A DNA stretch of 63,229 bases, the filler included, from Planctomycetota bacterium (GTDB lineage Bacteria > Planctomycetota > Planctomycetia > JALXBF01), in NCBI GenBank assembly GCA_026991575.1. It is 6 parts of 6 records of this genome, joined end to end, with 100 filler letters (N's around TTAATTAATTAA, not from the genome) between each part and the next. Parts side by side here need not be neighbours in the genome. Positions count along the whole stretch, not along the records: positions 2,801 to 11,815 come from JALXBF010000011.1; positions 11,916 to 20,895 come from JALXBF010000012.1; 4 more parts are not named here. The stretch is one strand, 5' to 3'. The notes under the pieces were generated by a model, which was given only the letters and a program-made list of their open reading frames with translations, searched no databases and was not told the origin of the DNA. The translations under genes and the position numbers were made by a program. This document shows, piece after piece, positions 9,160 through 18,446 of the stretch. Every line of letters begins with the position of its first letter. Position 1 is the stretch's first letter.

Positions 9160-11080
9160 GTTGCGTGCGGCATGCGCGTTGGTGTTCTTAACTCTGGCCG
9201 GGCTGGCAACCGGCTGGCTCATCTCCGGTCCGGTTGCCCCGCCCGAAGCCGGCGAACCGGGCCCGGACCACGCAGCTGAGCTCCCCTCGGTGGATGCACT
9301 CGCGCAGGCAACAACCGCGGAAGCACCTTCCGTCCCGGCAAGCCGGCGCCCCGAAGCAAGCATTGACCTGCGCTCGCTGCTCGGGGGCAGCCAACGCAGC
9401 AGCCGGAGTCAACCGGCTTTTCGGGAAGTGACCGAAGAGTTGAAGGTGCACTTCGTCTATTTCCGGGGCGAAACGGGCGAGTACTGGCTGCCGGAAGCGC
9501 AGGGTGGGGGAGTCGCCTGGCTGGACTACGACGGTGATGGCAGACTGGATTTGTTCTTCACACAAGGCTGTCAGTTGCCGGTCGACCGCAGTGGTACGCA
9601 TGTCGACGTGCTGTACCGAAACGTGGAGGGCAGACCGTGGCAGCGGGTTCCGCAGTGGGCGGCCCCATCCGACCCGGGCTACGGCATGGGAGTGGCTGTG
9701 GGGGATTTTGACAACGACGGCTTCCCCGACGTGTTCGTTGGCAACTACGGCGTCGATTCGCTCTACGTCAACAACGGCGACGGTACCTTCAGCCTCCGGA
9801 CCGGCGTCGGCATCGGCTCGCCAGGATGGACCTCCAGTGCGGCAACCGCAGACCTGGACCGAGATGGCGACCTGGACCTGTACGCAGCAACCTACATTCA
9901 GTTCGTACCCTACATCCAGTGCGCCACGCCCACAGGCCGCGGCAAGTACTGCGGCCCGGACTACTACGACGGCGAACAAGACCTGCTACTGGTCAACGAC
10001 GGCCGTGGCATATTCTGGAACATGGTGGAACCGGCCGGCGTCGTCGTGCCCAAGAAAGGGAAAGGATTGGGCGTCGTGATCGCCGATCTGATCGGAAACG
10101 ATGGCTGGCCCGAGATCTTTGTCGCCAACGACCTGCAGCCCAACTTCCTTTTCGTGAACCTGACCGGCAAGCGTGAGCCCGTCACCGGCTCGGACGGGCC
10201 CTGGCGTGCACTGCGGTTCGAAGAGAAAGCGTTCGAGCTGGGCGCGGCGGTCAATGCCGAAGGGGTCCGCGAGGCGAACATGGGGATTGCGTGCGGCGAC
10301 TTTGACAACGACCTGGACCTCGACCTGTACGTCACCCACTACTTCATGGAACACGACACGCTGTGGCGGAACGAGTCCAATGACTACTTCCTGGACGTGA
10401 CGAAACCGGTTGGGCTCAGCGTCCCAACCCTGCAGCAGCTGAGTTGGGGCACGCAGTTCATCGACTACGACAACGATGGCTGGCTGGACATCTTCATCAC
10501 CAGCGGCCACATCAACGATGACGGCGTCCCGGTCATCCCGTACGCTATGCGGCCGCAGCTGATGCACAACCTCGGGGGGACAACGGTGCGGTTCGTGGAA
10601 GTCAGTAACCAGGCGGGGCCGTACTTCCAGCGCAGCTATGTCGGTCGCAGCTCAGCCGCCGGGGACTTTGACCGCGACGGCCGCGTCGACCTTGCCGTCC
10701 TGCATCACCACGTCCCTGCCAGCGTGCTACGGAACGAGACCGACGCGTCGTACCATTTTCTTGGGCTGCAGCTCGTAGGGATCCAGTCGCCACGGAGCGG
10801 CATCGGAGCACGGGTCCTCGTGGAGCTGGATAATCCAACAGGCCCCAACACGTTGCTGCGCGAAATCGTCGGCGGGGGAAGCTACCTGTCCAACGACGCC
10901 ACCGAGCTGCTTATCGGGCTAGGCAGCGCGCAGCGGATCGTCCGGCTCTCGATCCGCTGGCCCTCCGGCCGCGAGCAAAGCTTCACGGATGTCCCGCTGG
11001 ACCGGTGGCTGAGAATCTACGAGGGCCGACCCGAGCTGCACGAACTGCTACCCGGCTCCCGCCCAACTGCAGCAGAGTAG
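9152..11080 (+). CDS. CRTAC1 family protein (FG-GAP/VCBS repeats plus ASPIC/UnbV)
   Basis: Repeated DYDGDG/DFDNDG motifs; C-terminal IGARV...GGGSYLS...IRWPSG. Confidence 0.92.
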   Translation: MTKLRAACALVFLTLAGLATGWLISGPVAPPEAGEPGPDHAAELPSVDALAQATTAEAPSVPASRRPEASIDLRSLLGGSQRSSRSQPAFREVTEELKVHFVYFRGETGEYWLPEAQGGGVAWLDYDGDGRLDLFFTQGCQLPVDRSGTHVDVLYRNVEGRPWQRVPQWAAPSDPGYGMGVAVGDFDNDGFPDVFVGNYGVDSLYVNNGDGTFSLRTGVGIGSPGWTSSAATADLDRDGDLDLYAATYIQFVPYIQCATPTGRGKYCGPDYYDGEQDLLLVNDGRGIFWNMVEPAGVVVPKKGKGLGVVIADLIGNDGWPEIFVANDLQPNFLFVNLTGKREPVTGSDGPWRALRFEEKAFELGAAVNAEGVREANMGIACGDFDNDLDLDLYVTHYFMEHDTLWRNESNDYFLDVTKPVGLSVPTLQQLSWGTQFIDYDNDGWLDIFITSGHINDDGVPVIPYAMRPQLMHNLGGTTVRFVEVSNQAGPYFQRSYVGRSSAAGDFDRDGRVDLAVLHHHVPASVLRNETDASYHFLGLQLVGIQSPRSGIGARVLVELDNPTGPNTLLREIVGGGSYLSNDATELLIGLGSAQRIVRLSIRWPSGREQSFTDVPLDRWLRIYEGRPELHELLPGSRPTAAE

Positions 11081-11101
11081 CACTACTGAGCAGCAGCCGC
11101 G

Positions 11102-11353
11102 TTACTGTACGGGCAGTGGTGCGGGCGCGTTGGACTGGCCAGAGTCCCCCTCATACACCTCAGGTGGGCTAAACGGTGCAGGCTCGCCCGGAACACCCGC
11201 AGGCGCCCCCGGCGCACAGCAGGCACCGGCCGAAAACGGATGCTTGAGGCTGTGCAGCGTGGAGTGTACGGAACTGGCCAGATTGCCCACACAGGCACAA
11301 CCAGCCAGCAAAGAACAGGACACCGCGGCTAGCACCCACAGTAGACGTCTCAT
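11102..11353 (-). CDS. Small Pro-rich lipoprotein
   Basis: MRRLLWVLAAVSCSLLAGC lipobox. Confidence 0.6.
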   Translation of the reverse strand: MRRLLWVLAAVSCSLLAGCACVGNLASSVHSTLHSLKHPFSAGACCAPGAPAGVPGEPAPFSPPEVYEGDSGQSNAPAPLPVQ

Positions 11354-11552
11354 CGGCTCGTCTCCGACAACACCGAGTGCGCGCGTGGTCATCGTCCGAC
11401 CAAATGTAGGTCACACACCGGCACCCGTCCACGCGCATGCCCGCCGCGAACTCGTTCGTTTTGCCACATCTGGCGACGATGCCGCTGGCGCAAGCCGGGC
11501 AAACTGGTCGGCTGACACGACGGTCTAGCTACGTATCGCCCCCGTCATGGCA

Positions 11553-11813
11553 TCACAGGGAACGATACTCCGCCGTGCCGGCCACGACCGGATTACTCAA
11601 CACACCGATCCCCTCGATCTCAACCTCGCAGCGATCGCCCGGCTTCAGGAACACGGGCGGCTTCCGCGCGAACCCTACCCCGGGCGGCGTCCCCGTGAAG
11701 ATGAGGTCGCCCGGCTCCAGCGTAAACACCTGTGAGATGTACGCGACTAGCTCCTCCACCTTGAAAATGAACTCGCGCGTGTTTGAGTCCTGCATCACCT
11801 CCCCGTTCAGCCT
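11553..11813 (-). CDS. Fumarylacetoacetate hydrolase family protein, C-terminal part
   Basis: [17 protein letters not shown] motif; truncated by contig end. Confidence 0.92.
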   Translation of the reverse strand, partial: RLNGEVMQDSNTREFIFKVEELVAYISQVFTLEPGDLIFTGTPPGVGFARKPPVFLKPGDRCEVEIEGIGVLSNPVVAGTAEYRSL

Positions 11814-11815
11814 CA

Positions 11816-11915
11816 NNNNNNNNNNNNNNNNNNNNNNNNNNNNNNNNNNNNNNNNNNNNTTAATTAATTAANNNNNNNNNNNNNNNNNNNNNNNNNNNNN
11901 NNNNNNNNNNNNNNN
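11816..11915. other. Artificial contig spacer
   Basis: N block with TTAATTAATTAA. Confidence 0.99.
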
Positions 11916-11917
11916 AT

Positions 11918-13483
11918 ATGATCTTCGCCGACCCCCCCTACAACATCGGTTACAGCTACGACATCTACAACGACGCACGGCCCGACGAGGAGTACCTCAC
12001 CTGGCTCAGGCAGTGGATCAGCCGGTGCACGGCGCTGCTGGCCGAACATGGCTCATTCTGGATCGCGATCGGTGACGAGTACGCCGCCGAGGTCAAGTGG
12101 ATCGCTACCCGCGAAATCGGCCTCGTGCTGCGCAACTGGGTAGTCTGGTACTACACCTTCGGAGTGCACTGTCAGAGCAAGTTCACCCGATCGCACACCC
12201 ACCTTCTGCACCTGGTCAAGAACCCCGACCGGGCCATCTTCCACGCAGACGCCGTACGCGTTCCATCCGCCCGGCGGCTCATCTACCACGACCTCCGCGC
12301 CGACCCAAAAGGCCGGGTCCCTGACAATACCTGGATCCTCCGGCCACAACAGATTCCACACGCGTTCCGACCCGATGAAGACACCTGGTACGTACCGAGG
12401 GTTGCAGGCACCTTTTCCGAACGTGCGCGGTTCCACGGTTGCCAGCTTCCCGAACGGCTCGTTGCCCGAGCCATCCTGGCTTGTACGGACGAAGGCCACG
12501 TCGTGCTGGATCCGTTCGCCGGAAGCGGTACCACGCTTGCCGTCGCCAAGAAACTGGGCCGCCGTTGGGTCGGCATCGAACTGTCGGCCAACTACGCAGC
12601 CCATGCGGAGCGCCGGGTCCGGGCGGTTCGCCGCGGAGACCCGCTGGAAGGTCCCGAGGAGGCAGTCATGCCCGTCCAGCGACGCCGCTGCGCCGTATCG
12701 AGACGGCCGCTGCTGGAGGCAAAATGCCGTGTGCGTGAGATGCTCGGCGAACTGGTGCGCGATAGCAGCGTGGAACGTTGCCTGACCGACCCGGTGCATA
12801 ATGCGGTGTTCCTCGAGCGCTGCCGCCACGCAATGCTGCCCGGTCGTCCGTTCGATTGGAACAGCGTCCTGCTGAGTGAGGCCATGGGGCGAGCACTGCC
12901 GCTAGAGGAGCTGCTGGACGACCTGGCGGACGTGCCGGCAATGGCCGCCGACCTTGCTGCCGGCCGGCTGCTGGCTCAAGGTTACCCCGACGTGCGGACG
13001 CTGCTGTGTGAACCGCGAGTGAGTTGTCTCTTTGATGAACTGGCCCAGGAGCTGTGCCCGGGCACCGCTGCGGCACGCCTGCGCCGCTGCCTTCTCAGCG
13101 CGCTGCGGCTGACGCAGCTGGCCGGGAAGATCACCGCGCGCAGCGATCCAGGGGAGCTTGCGCTGGAGCCACTTGCTTCAGCGCGGCGTGCGCCGGTTGC
13201 AGCCGGCATCGTGGCTATCGGGTCGCGCAACAAGCGACGAGATGCCGTCGTCTGGCACCTGGCATTGACCAGGGATCTTGCACGCGCTGTGCAGTGGTGC
13301 CGTGAGTCGCTGGCAACGCTGCAGGCGATCGCACCGGTGCCCGGTGAAATCGTCGTCGGATGGCAGCCGCTTGCCGGTGAACCCGCGGATCAGCGATGGG
13401 CTCGCCTGTGGACACTCCTGGAGCAGACACGTCCCTGGTTGAGTGCGCTCTGGCGCGAATCTAACCAGGCAGACACCCACTGA
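11918..13483 (+). CDS. N4/N6 DNA methyltransferase (beta class) with long C-terminal extension; probably 5'-truncated
   Basis: DPPY (motif IV) precedes DPFAGSGTT (motif I); ~270 aa extra C-terminal region; ORF begins at the contig edge. Confidence 0.9.
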   Translation: MIFADPPYNIGYSYDIYNDARPDEEYLTWLRQWISRCTALLAEHGSFWIAIGDEYAAEVKWIATREIGLVLRNWVVWYYTFGVHCQSKFTRSHTHLLHLVKNPDRAIFHADAVRVPSARRLIYHDLRADPKGRVPDNTWILRPQQIPHAFRPDEDTWYVPRVAGTFSERARFHGCQLPERLVARAILACTDEGHVVLDPFAGSGTTLAVAKKLGRRWVGIELSANYAAHAERRVRAVRRGDPLEGPEEAVMPVQRRRCAVSRRPLLEAKCRVREMLGELVRDSSVERCLTDPVHNAVFLERCRHAMLPGRPFDWNSVLLSEAMGRALPLEELLDDLADVPAMAADLAAGRLLAQGYPDVRTLLCEPRVSCLFDELAQELCPGTAAARLRRCLLSALRLTQLAGKITARSDPGELALEPLASARRAPVAAGIVAIGSRNKRRDAVVWHLALTRDLARAVQWCRESLATLQAIAPVPGEIVVGWQPLAGEPADQRWARLWTLLEQTRPWLSALWRESNQADTH

Positions 13484-13623
13484 GGGCAGCCAGGCAGTCA
13501 GGTATCGACGGGCCTTTTACCAGGCCACTGGTGGAGCATCGGCCGGGGTTGGGCTCTGTTTGCGGCAGCACGACGAGTCCGAAAACCGCCCGCTCGGTGA
13601 CTGACCGGTTTGGTTGTGGTTTG

Positions 13624-14706
13624 TCAGCGACTGGACGAGACGTGTTCGGGACGGCCGGATTGAGCCGAGCGGTACGCGGCATCCAGCAACTCGACGCTGC
13701 GGCATGCGACCGTGCCTGGTGACCAGTTACGCTCGGTCCTGCCCAGGATTAGATCGATGAAGTTGTGTACGGGGCCGGAGCATTCGTAGGCGCCGGCGTC
13801 CGGCGCAACGGGCATCGTATGGGAGCCGTCCGCCCGATGGAGCTCGGCCCGTGCCCGTTCGCAGTCGACCAGCAGCATGCCTTCGGTACCGTAGACCCGG
13901 ATGTCAACCTGGAATCGCTTCTGGTTCTCCGGGACGCCGGCCGAGCCGGAGACGGTACCAAGGGCACCGCCGCCGAACTTGACGGTCATCGCATCGTGCA
14001 GGTCGACGCGGGCCCCAGGGGCAGTCATCCAGCAGAAGACCTCTTCGGGACGTAGGTCTGTCAGCAGGAAGAGCAGGGCAGTGGCGTGCGTTAGCTGGGC
14101 ATGACCGTAGCCACCACCGGCCACGGCAGGGTCGGACCAGGTGCGCGGATCGGGTTTGAATAAGGCCGTTCCAGCAGCTCCCCCGTCGGCGTCGGAGCGG
14201 GTGCGTGGCCGTCCGGTGAGCATCGTGCGGATCGGTGACGCCATGTGGCACAGGACGTATTCGACGGTTCCGACACCGCGAGTGCGCATCTGCTCCCACG
14301 CGAACTGGATGAACGGCTTGTAGTGCCAGCCATAGGGCACAAGCAGGTGGCGCTGCTTCTGGGCAGCTAGCCGCACGAGTTCGCGGGCATGCTCGGCCCG
14401 AAGTGCCATCGGCTTTTCCACCATGACATGGATGCCACGCTCTAGGGCCGCGCGCGCATGCTCGTAGTGCAGTGCGTGGGGTGAGGCGACGATCACCCCG
14501 TCCAGCTCAACGCGGTCGAGTAGCTCCAGGTAGTCCTCGGTCGCGAACCGGAACCCGAACCGCTCCGCAACTGCGCGCAGCTCCGCCTTGCCCAGACGGC
14601 ACACCCCAACGAGCTCGACGTCCGAGCGAGCGGCCAGAATCGGCAGGTGGTTTGCGGTGGCCCACCAACCGGCACCGATCAGTCCGATCCTCGCTTTACC
14701 CGCCAT
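13624..14706 (-). CDS. Gfo/Idh/MocA family oxidoreductase
   Basis: RIGLIGAG, HVMVEKPM motifs; GAGGAGG RBS before ATG at 14706. Confidence 0.9.
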   Translation of the reverse strand: MAGKARIGLIGAGWWATANHLPILAARSDVELVGVCRLGKAELRAVAERFGFRFATEDYLELLDRVELDGVIVASPHALHYEHARAALERGIHVMVEKPMALRAEHARELVRLAAQKQRHLLVPYGWHYKPFIQFAWEQMRTRGVGTVEYVLCHMASPIRTMLTGRPRTRSDADGGAAGTALFKPDPRTWSDPAVAGGGYGHAQLTHATALLFLLTDLRPEEVFCWMTAPGARVDLHDAMTVKFGGGALGTVSGSAGVPENQKRFQVDIRVYGTEGMLLVDCERARAELHRADGSHTMPVAPDAGAYECSGPVHNFIDLILGRTERNWSPGTVACRSVELLDAAYRSAQSGRPEHVSSSR

Positions 14707-14714
14707 CGGCCTCC

Positions 14715-15422
14715 TCAGATCAACCGGGTCCGCACCAGCGTTACGGCAGCCAGCGCGGCCGTTTCGGTACGTAACGTCGTCGGGCCAAGCGATGCTGGCC
14801 ACCAGCCCGCTGCCAGGGCCGCCGTCAGTTCCTCGTCTGCCCATCCCCCCTCAGGCCCGACCGCCAGCCACGCTTCATCGTACGCCATCTCCCGGACCAG
14901 CTCCTGCAGCGGGCGGCCCTCCGGATGGCATACGAACCGGGCAGTGGTCGCCGGGGCCGGCGCGGCGCAGGCCTCCGACCAAGCGATCGGCTCGCGCACC
15001 GCCATGAGGCGATTGCGGCCACACTGTTTCGATGCCTCGATGACCCAGCGCCTGAAGCGTTCGATGCGGACCGCGCGGCTGTGCCGGTCGGCATAGCGGG
15101 TGACGATCAGCTGAAGCGTGTGCACGCCCAGTTCCGTGGCCTTCTCCACCAGCCAGCGCTGCCGATCGCCCTGCGGGGCAGGCACGAACAGCCACACCGT
15201 GCCACGTAGCTCACGGTTCACCGGGCAGCGCTGCTCGACACGGAGCCGGGCACGCCGTCGCTCTAGGGCCACGACACGACAGCGTGCTTCCAGGCCCCTG
15301 CCGTCAAAGACCGTCACCACGTCGCCCACCGCCACACGGCTCACCCGCAGATGATGGGCCTCGTCGGCGGTGAGCTCGAACTCGTCTTCGGTCAGGTCAC
15401 CGTGGAAGAAACGCTGCGACAT
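14715..15422 (-). CDS. rsmE: 16S rRNA m3U1498 methyltransferase
   Basis: EKATELGV, EASKQCGR, VGPEGG and SLGPTTLRTETAA motifs. Confidence 0.93.
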   Translation of the reverse strand: MSQRFFHGDLTEDEFELTADEAHHLRVSRVAVGDVVTVFDGRGLEARCRVVALERRRARLRVEQRCPVNRELRGTVWLFVPAPQGDRQRWLVEKATELGVHTLQLIVTRYADRHSRAVRIERFRRWVIEASKQCGRNRLMAVREPIAWSEACAAPAPATTARFVCHPEGRPLQELVREMAYDEAWLAVGPEGGWADEELTAALAAGWWPASLGPTTLRTETAALAAVTLVRTRLI

Positions 15423-15559
15423 GGCCGGTCGCTCACGGAGGTTGCTCCACCCCAGGGGGGCAGCGGTGCTTGCCAGGATCGTCCGGGGCGATCCTAAGAA
15501 TGCTATGTGTTGTGCAAGCTCCCGCCGCCGGTGACGCGTCCAGTCAGACTTGGAGCCCG

Positions 15560-17008
15560 ATGGCTGACGAGCCGGTTGCCCAAGCAGTGCGCCCCCGACG
15601 TTCCCAGCTGGTTGCCCATGCTGAACGCGCCATGGGCGCGACCATTCTCTATCTCGCACTGCCGGTCCTGAGCGAGCAACTGCTGACGTCGTTTGTCGGG
15701 CTGGTGGATACGTTCATCGCGGGCAGATTGAGTCGAGCGGCGACGATCGCCGTCGGCCTGGCCAGCTACGTTAACTGGTTCGGCATGCTGTTGAGCAACC
15801 TGGTCACGGCTGGCACGCTCGCGCTGGTGGCACGACACTGGGGGGCCGCCGAGGAGGCCCAGGCAAACCGCGTTCTCAACCATTCGCTGCCGCTGGCCGC
15901 CGTGGCGGGAATCCTGCTGACGGTAACCTTCTACACGATGGCCCCCTGGTTCGCGTGGCTGCAGGGCTTGGAGGGCGACGCATACGAGATCACCGTGCAG
16001 TACCTAAGAATCACGTCATTCGCGCTACCGTTCACGTCCACGCTCCTGGTTGCCGTTGCCGCACTGCGCGGCGCCGGTGACATGAAGACGCCCCTGGCGG
16101 TCAATGCACTGGTTAACCTGATCAACGTTGTGGCCAGTTGGTTGCTGACCTTCGGGCTGGCCGGGTACGTCCCGGGCATCGGCGTGGCAGGGATCGCGGT
16201 GGGCACGCTGGCGGCCCGGATCAGCGGCTGGACCGTGCTGACGGTGCTGATGAGTTCCGGGGTGCTGCGATTGCGGGTGCTCTGGAGCGGGTGGCGGTGG
16301 GAGAGTCGCCTGGTACGGACAGTGCTTCGCATCGGCTTGCCCGCAGCGGGCGATGGCATCGTGATGTGGGCCGGCCAGTTCGCGTTCTTGACCGTGATCG
16401 GCCACCTGGCGGAAGGAGCACTTGGAGAAGCGTACTTCGCGGCCCACGTCGTTGGCATCCGGGTTGAATCGCTTACCTACTTGCCTGCGGTCGCCTGGGG
16501 CGCAGCCGGTGCCACCCTGGTCGGGCAATTCCTCGGGGCAGGCAGCGTGCATCGTGCCCGACAGGCCGGTAACCTGGCCGCACTGCAGGGGGCCACCCTC
16601 GGGACATTCTGTGGCATCGGTTACTTCCTGTTCGCCGAACCTCTGTACCGGCTTATGCATCGCGACCCTCTGGTCTGGGAAGTCGGTATACCGGCATTCC
16701 GGATGCTGGCCTGGTTCCAGCCGTTGCTCGTGGCTGCGATCGTCTACATCGGTTGCCTCCGCGGCGGCGGCCAAACGAAGGTTCCGCTGGCAATCACAAC
16801 GACCGGAGTGCTCGGCCTGCGGCTGCCGCTGGCTTACACCGGGGGAGTGCTCCTGGGGCGCGGCCTCGTGGGAGCATGGGCTGGTATGTGTGCCGACATC
16901 ACGGTCCGCGCAGCAATCGCCTGGTGGGCGTTTCAACGCCAGCGCTGGCAGCGACTGACCGAAGCGGAAGGAGCAGAGCTGACCGGGGGACCAGAGCCGG
17001 TCGAGTAG
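15560..17008 (+). CDS. MATE family efflux transporter
   Basis: About 12 TMs; LRGAGDMKTPL, RIGLP and LVGQFLGAG motifs. Confidence 0.92.
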   Translation: MADEPVAQAVRPRRSQLVAHAERAMGATILYLALPVLSEQLLTSFVGLVDTFIAGRLSRAATIAVGLASYVNWFGMLLSNLVTAGTLALVARHWGAAEEAQANRVLNHSLPLAAVAGILLTVTFYTMAPWFAWLQGLEGDAYEITVQYLRITSFALPFTSTLLVAVAALRGAGDMKTPLAVNALVNLINVVASWLLTFGLAGYVPGIGVAGIAVGTLAARISGWTVLTVLMSSGVLRLRVLWSGWRWESRLVRTVLRIGLPAAGDGIVMWAGQFAFLTVIGHLAEGALGEAYFAAHVVGIRVESLTYLPAVAWGAAGATLVGQFLGAGSVHRARQAGNLAALQGATLGTFCGIGYFLFAEPLYRLMHRDPLVWEVGIPAFRMLAWFQPLLVAAIVYIGCLRGGGQTKVPLAITTTGVLGLRLPLAYTGGVLLGRGLVGAWAGMCADITVRAAIAWWAFQRQRWQRLTEAEGAELTGGPEPVE

Positions 17009-17329
17009 CACTCCCGCCGGAACTGCAGCTCATTTGCCCACGCTCGGTCGGTTCTGACGGCCGATCGCCCCGCGATCGCCGCGTGGTGCCGTCAGGCTGC
17101 GGCTCTGCGGTAGCAAGCTGCAGCCTGCGCCGCCAGCAGCCGGCCAGGCTCGTCTTGAGCGGACCGGGCATGCTCGCGGCGCATCACGACGCCTGCGGTC
17201 GGTCTCGCCTAGAGGGAATTGTCAGACGCAGTGACGGGCAGCCGCGGTCGGCCGCAGCCAGGCTTGCGGCTCGTGCGCGTAGGCCTGAGTGGGCCGCGGG
17301 CGGCCCAGAACGGTCGCAGACCGGCGCGC

Positions 17330-17393
17330 AAAAAAGGAGCCAAGGTGACACCACTTCGTGCTGCCCGCCGTGCCACACGTCACCTTGGCTCCT
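17330..17393 (-). terminator. Intrinsic terminator-like hairpin for a minus-strand transcript
   Basis: Perfect 15-bp inverted repeat AGGAGCCAAGGTGAC (17335-17349) / GTCACCTTGGCTCCT (17379-17393), 29-nt loop, then T6 on the minus strand. Confidence 0.75.
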
Positions 17394-17518
17394 CCGGGCG
17401 CGACTCACTCAACGCAGAGGGGCGGGGAAGGCAGGCGGTCCGTCCGGTCGTGCGCGTCCTCAGGCTCGCGGTGGTGGGTCGCCTGTCTGCGGTCGGCTTC
17501 CGCCAACCCTCCCACGCC
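17330..17518 (-). ncRNA. Candidate sigma54-dependent small RNA (~190 nt)
   Basis: Bounded by a consensus sigma54 promoter and a terminator; no convincing ORF; internal hairpin GGTTGGC-GGAA-GCCGACC. Confidence 0.5.
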
Positions 17519-17528
17519 GTGATGTGTG

Positions 17529-17545
17529 TGCAAGCTGCGTGCCAA
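17529..17545 (-). promoter_or_regulatory. sigma54 (-24/-12) promoter
   Basis: Minus strand reads TTGGCACG-CAGC-TTGCA, an exact match to TGGCACG-N4-TTGC. Confidence 0.8.
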
Positions 17546-17729
17546 GAGCCTCCAAGCCGCGCGGACCAAGGCGGCCGCGGGATTAAAAGTCGTTAATGGA
17601 GCTTGCCTTTGCGGCGTTCCCCAACTTCGCGCAGCCTGCGGCCCGTTGGAATGGCTTGGTCCGCCGAGCGCCCGGTTCCGCGCGCCCTGCGGCACACTCT
17701 GTCCCACTCTGACCCACGTTGGCCCTAGC

Positions 17730-17744
17730 TGCAACAGCGTTGCA
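17730..17744. promoter_or_regulatory. Candidate enhancer (bEBP) binding palindrome
   Basis: TGCAAC-AGC-GTTGCA perfect dyad ~185 bp upstream of the -24 element. Confidence 0.4.
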
Positions 17745-18139
17745 TGAGCCGGGTGCCACGAAGCCGTGCAAACTGACGGCGAGGCGGACGGCTCGAGAGC
17801 AAGGAGGCGGCGGCAGCCGGGAGGGAGTTTCCCCAGGGGCCGGCCCGACGCCCACTGCGCTTGCGCGGATTCGGCGGGCCGGTGAGGGGGACTTCCCGGG
17901 CGCCCGCTTCATCGAATAGCCGCCACGAAGGCGTCTTGTCCGCCGCTTCTTCCTTTACCCGATGCCGTGCGCGTTCCGCTGCGTCCGGCGTTACGGCCCG
18001 CCATTGCCCCCCGGGCGATCCGGACGCTGCTCTCGCTGCCCACGCCACGTCGCGCGTGTCATAGAGCCCCTAGAGCGCCCGACGCCGCGGACGGGGTCCG
18101 CGGCGTCGGCGGGCCTGCAAATGGCAAGGTGAGAAAAAA

Positions 18140-18156
18140 CTGGTATTGCCCGTGCT
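18140..18156 (+). promoter_or_regulatory. sigma54-like promoter
   Basis: CTGGTAT-TGCCC-GTGCT with correct GG-N10-GC spacing, ~25 nt before an ATG with RBS. Confidence 0.45.
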
Positions 18157-18181
18157 ACCCATCAACAGAGCGGGAGGGAGC

Positions 18182-18355
18182 ATGAAGCCCCCCTCCCGTG
18201 AGTTCACGGCAGCTGGCGAGTTGAACGGTGCTCCGATGCCGGCGAAACCAGCGGCCAACGTAGCCGAAACCAACCCGGCAGCGCAGGCGAGACCATCGCC
18301 CAAACGTAGGCGAAGCGAACCCGCGCCGAGGGGTTCGCGTCGGAGCAGCGGTTGA
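18182..18355 (+). CDS. Putative 57-aa small basic, low-complexity protein
   Basis: GGGAGGGAG immediately before ATG; preceded by a sigma54-like promoter; no recognisable domain. Confidence 0.35.
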   Translation: MKPPSREFTAAGELNGAPMPAKPAANVAETNPAAQARPSPKRRRSEPAPRGSRRSSG

Positions 18356-18446
18356 ACAACGCAACTGGCACCGTTGATGCCGGTTGCGACCCAAACGCGC
18401 TCGCTGCAACAGGCCAGCGCGCGATACCTGTCCACCGGGGACACCA

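Noticed and set aside
9152..11080. TPR plus CRTAC1/ASPIC-UnbV gene pair
   Set aside because: Common multicopy arrangement in planctomycetes; listed as a feature, not novel.
11495..11530. GGGCAAAC...GGTCTA resembling a c-di-GMP-I riboswitch
   Set aside because: Lacks the GAAA tetraloop stem and the GACGCAAAGC junction, and points away from the nearest gene start.
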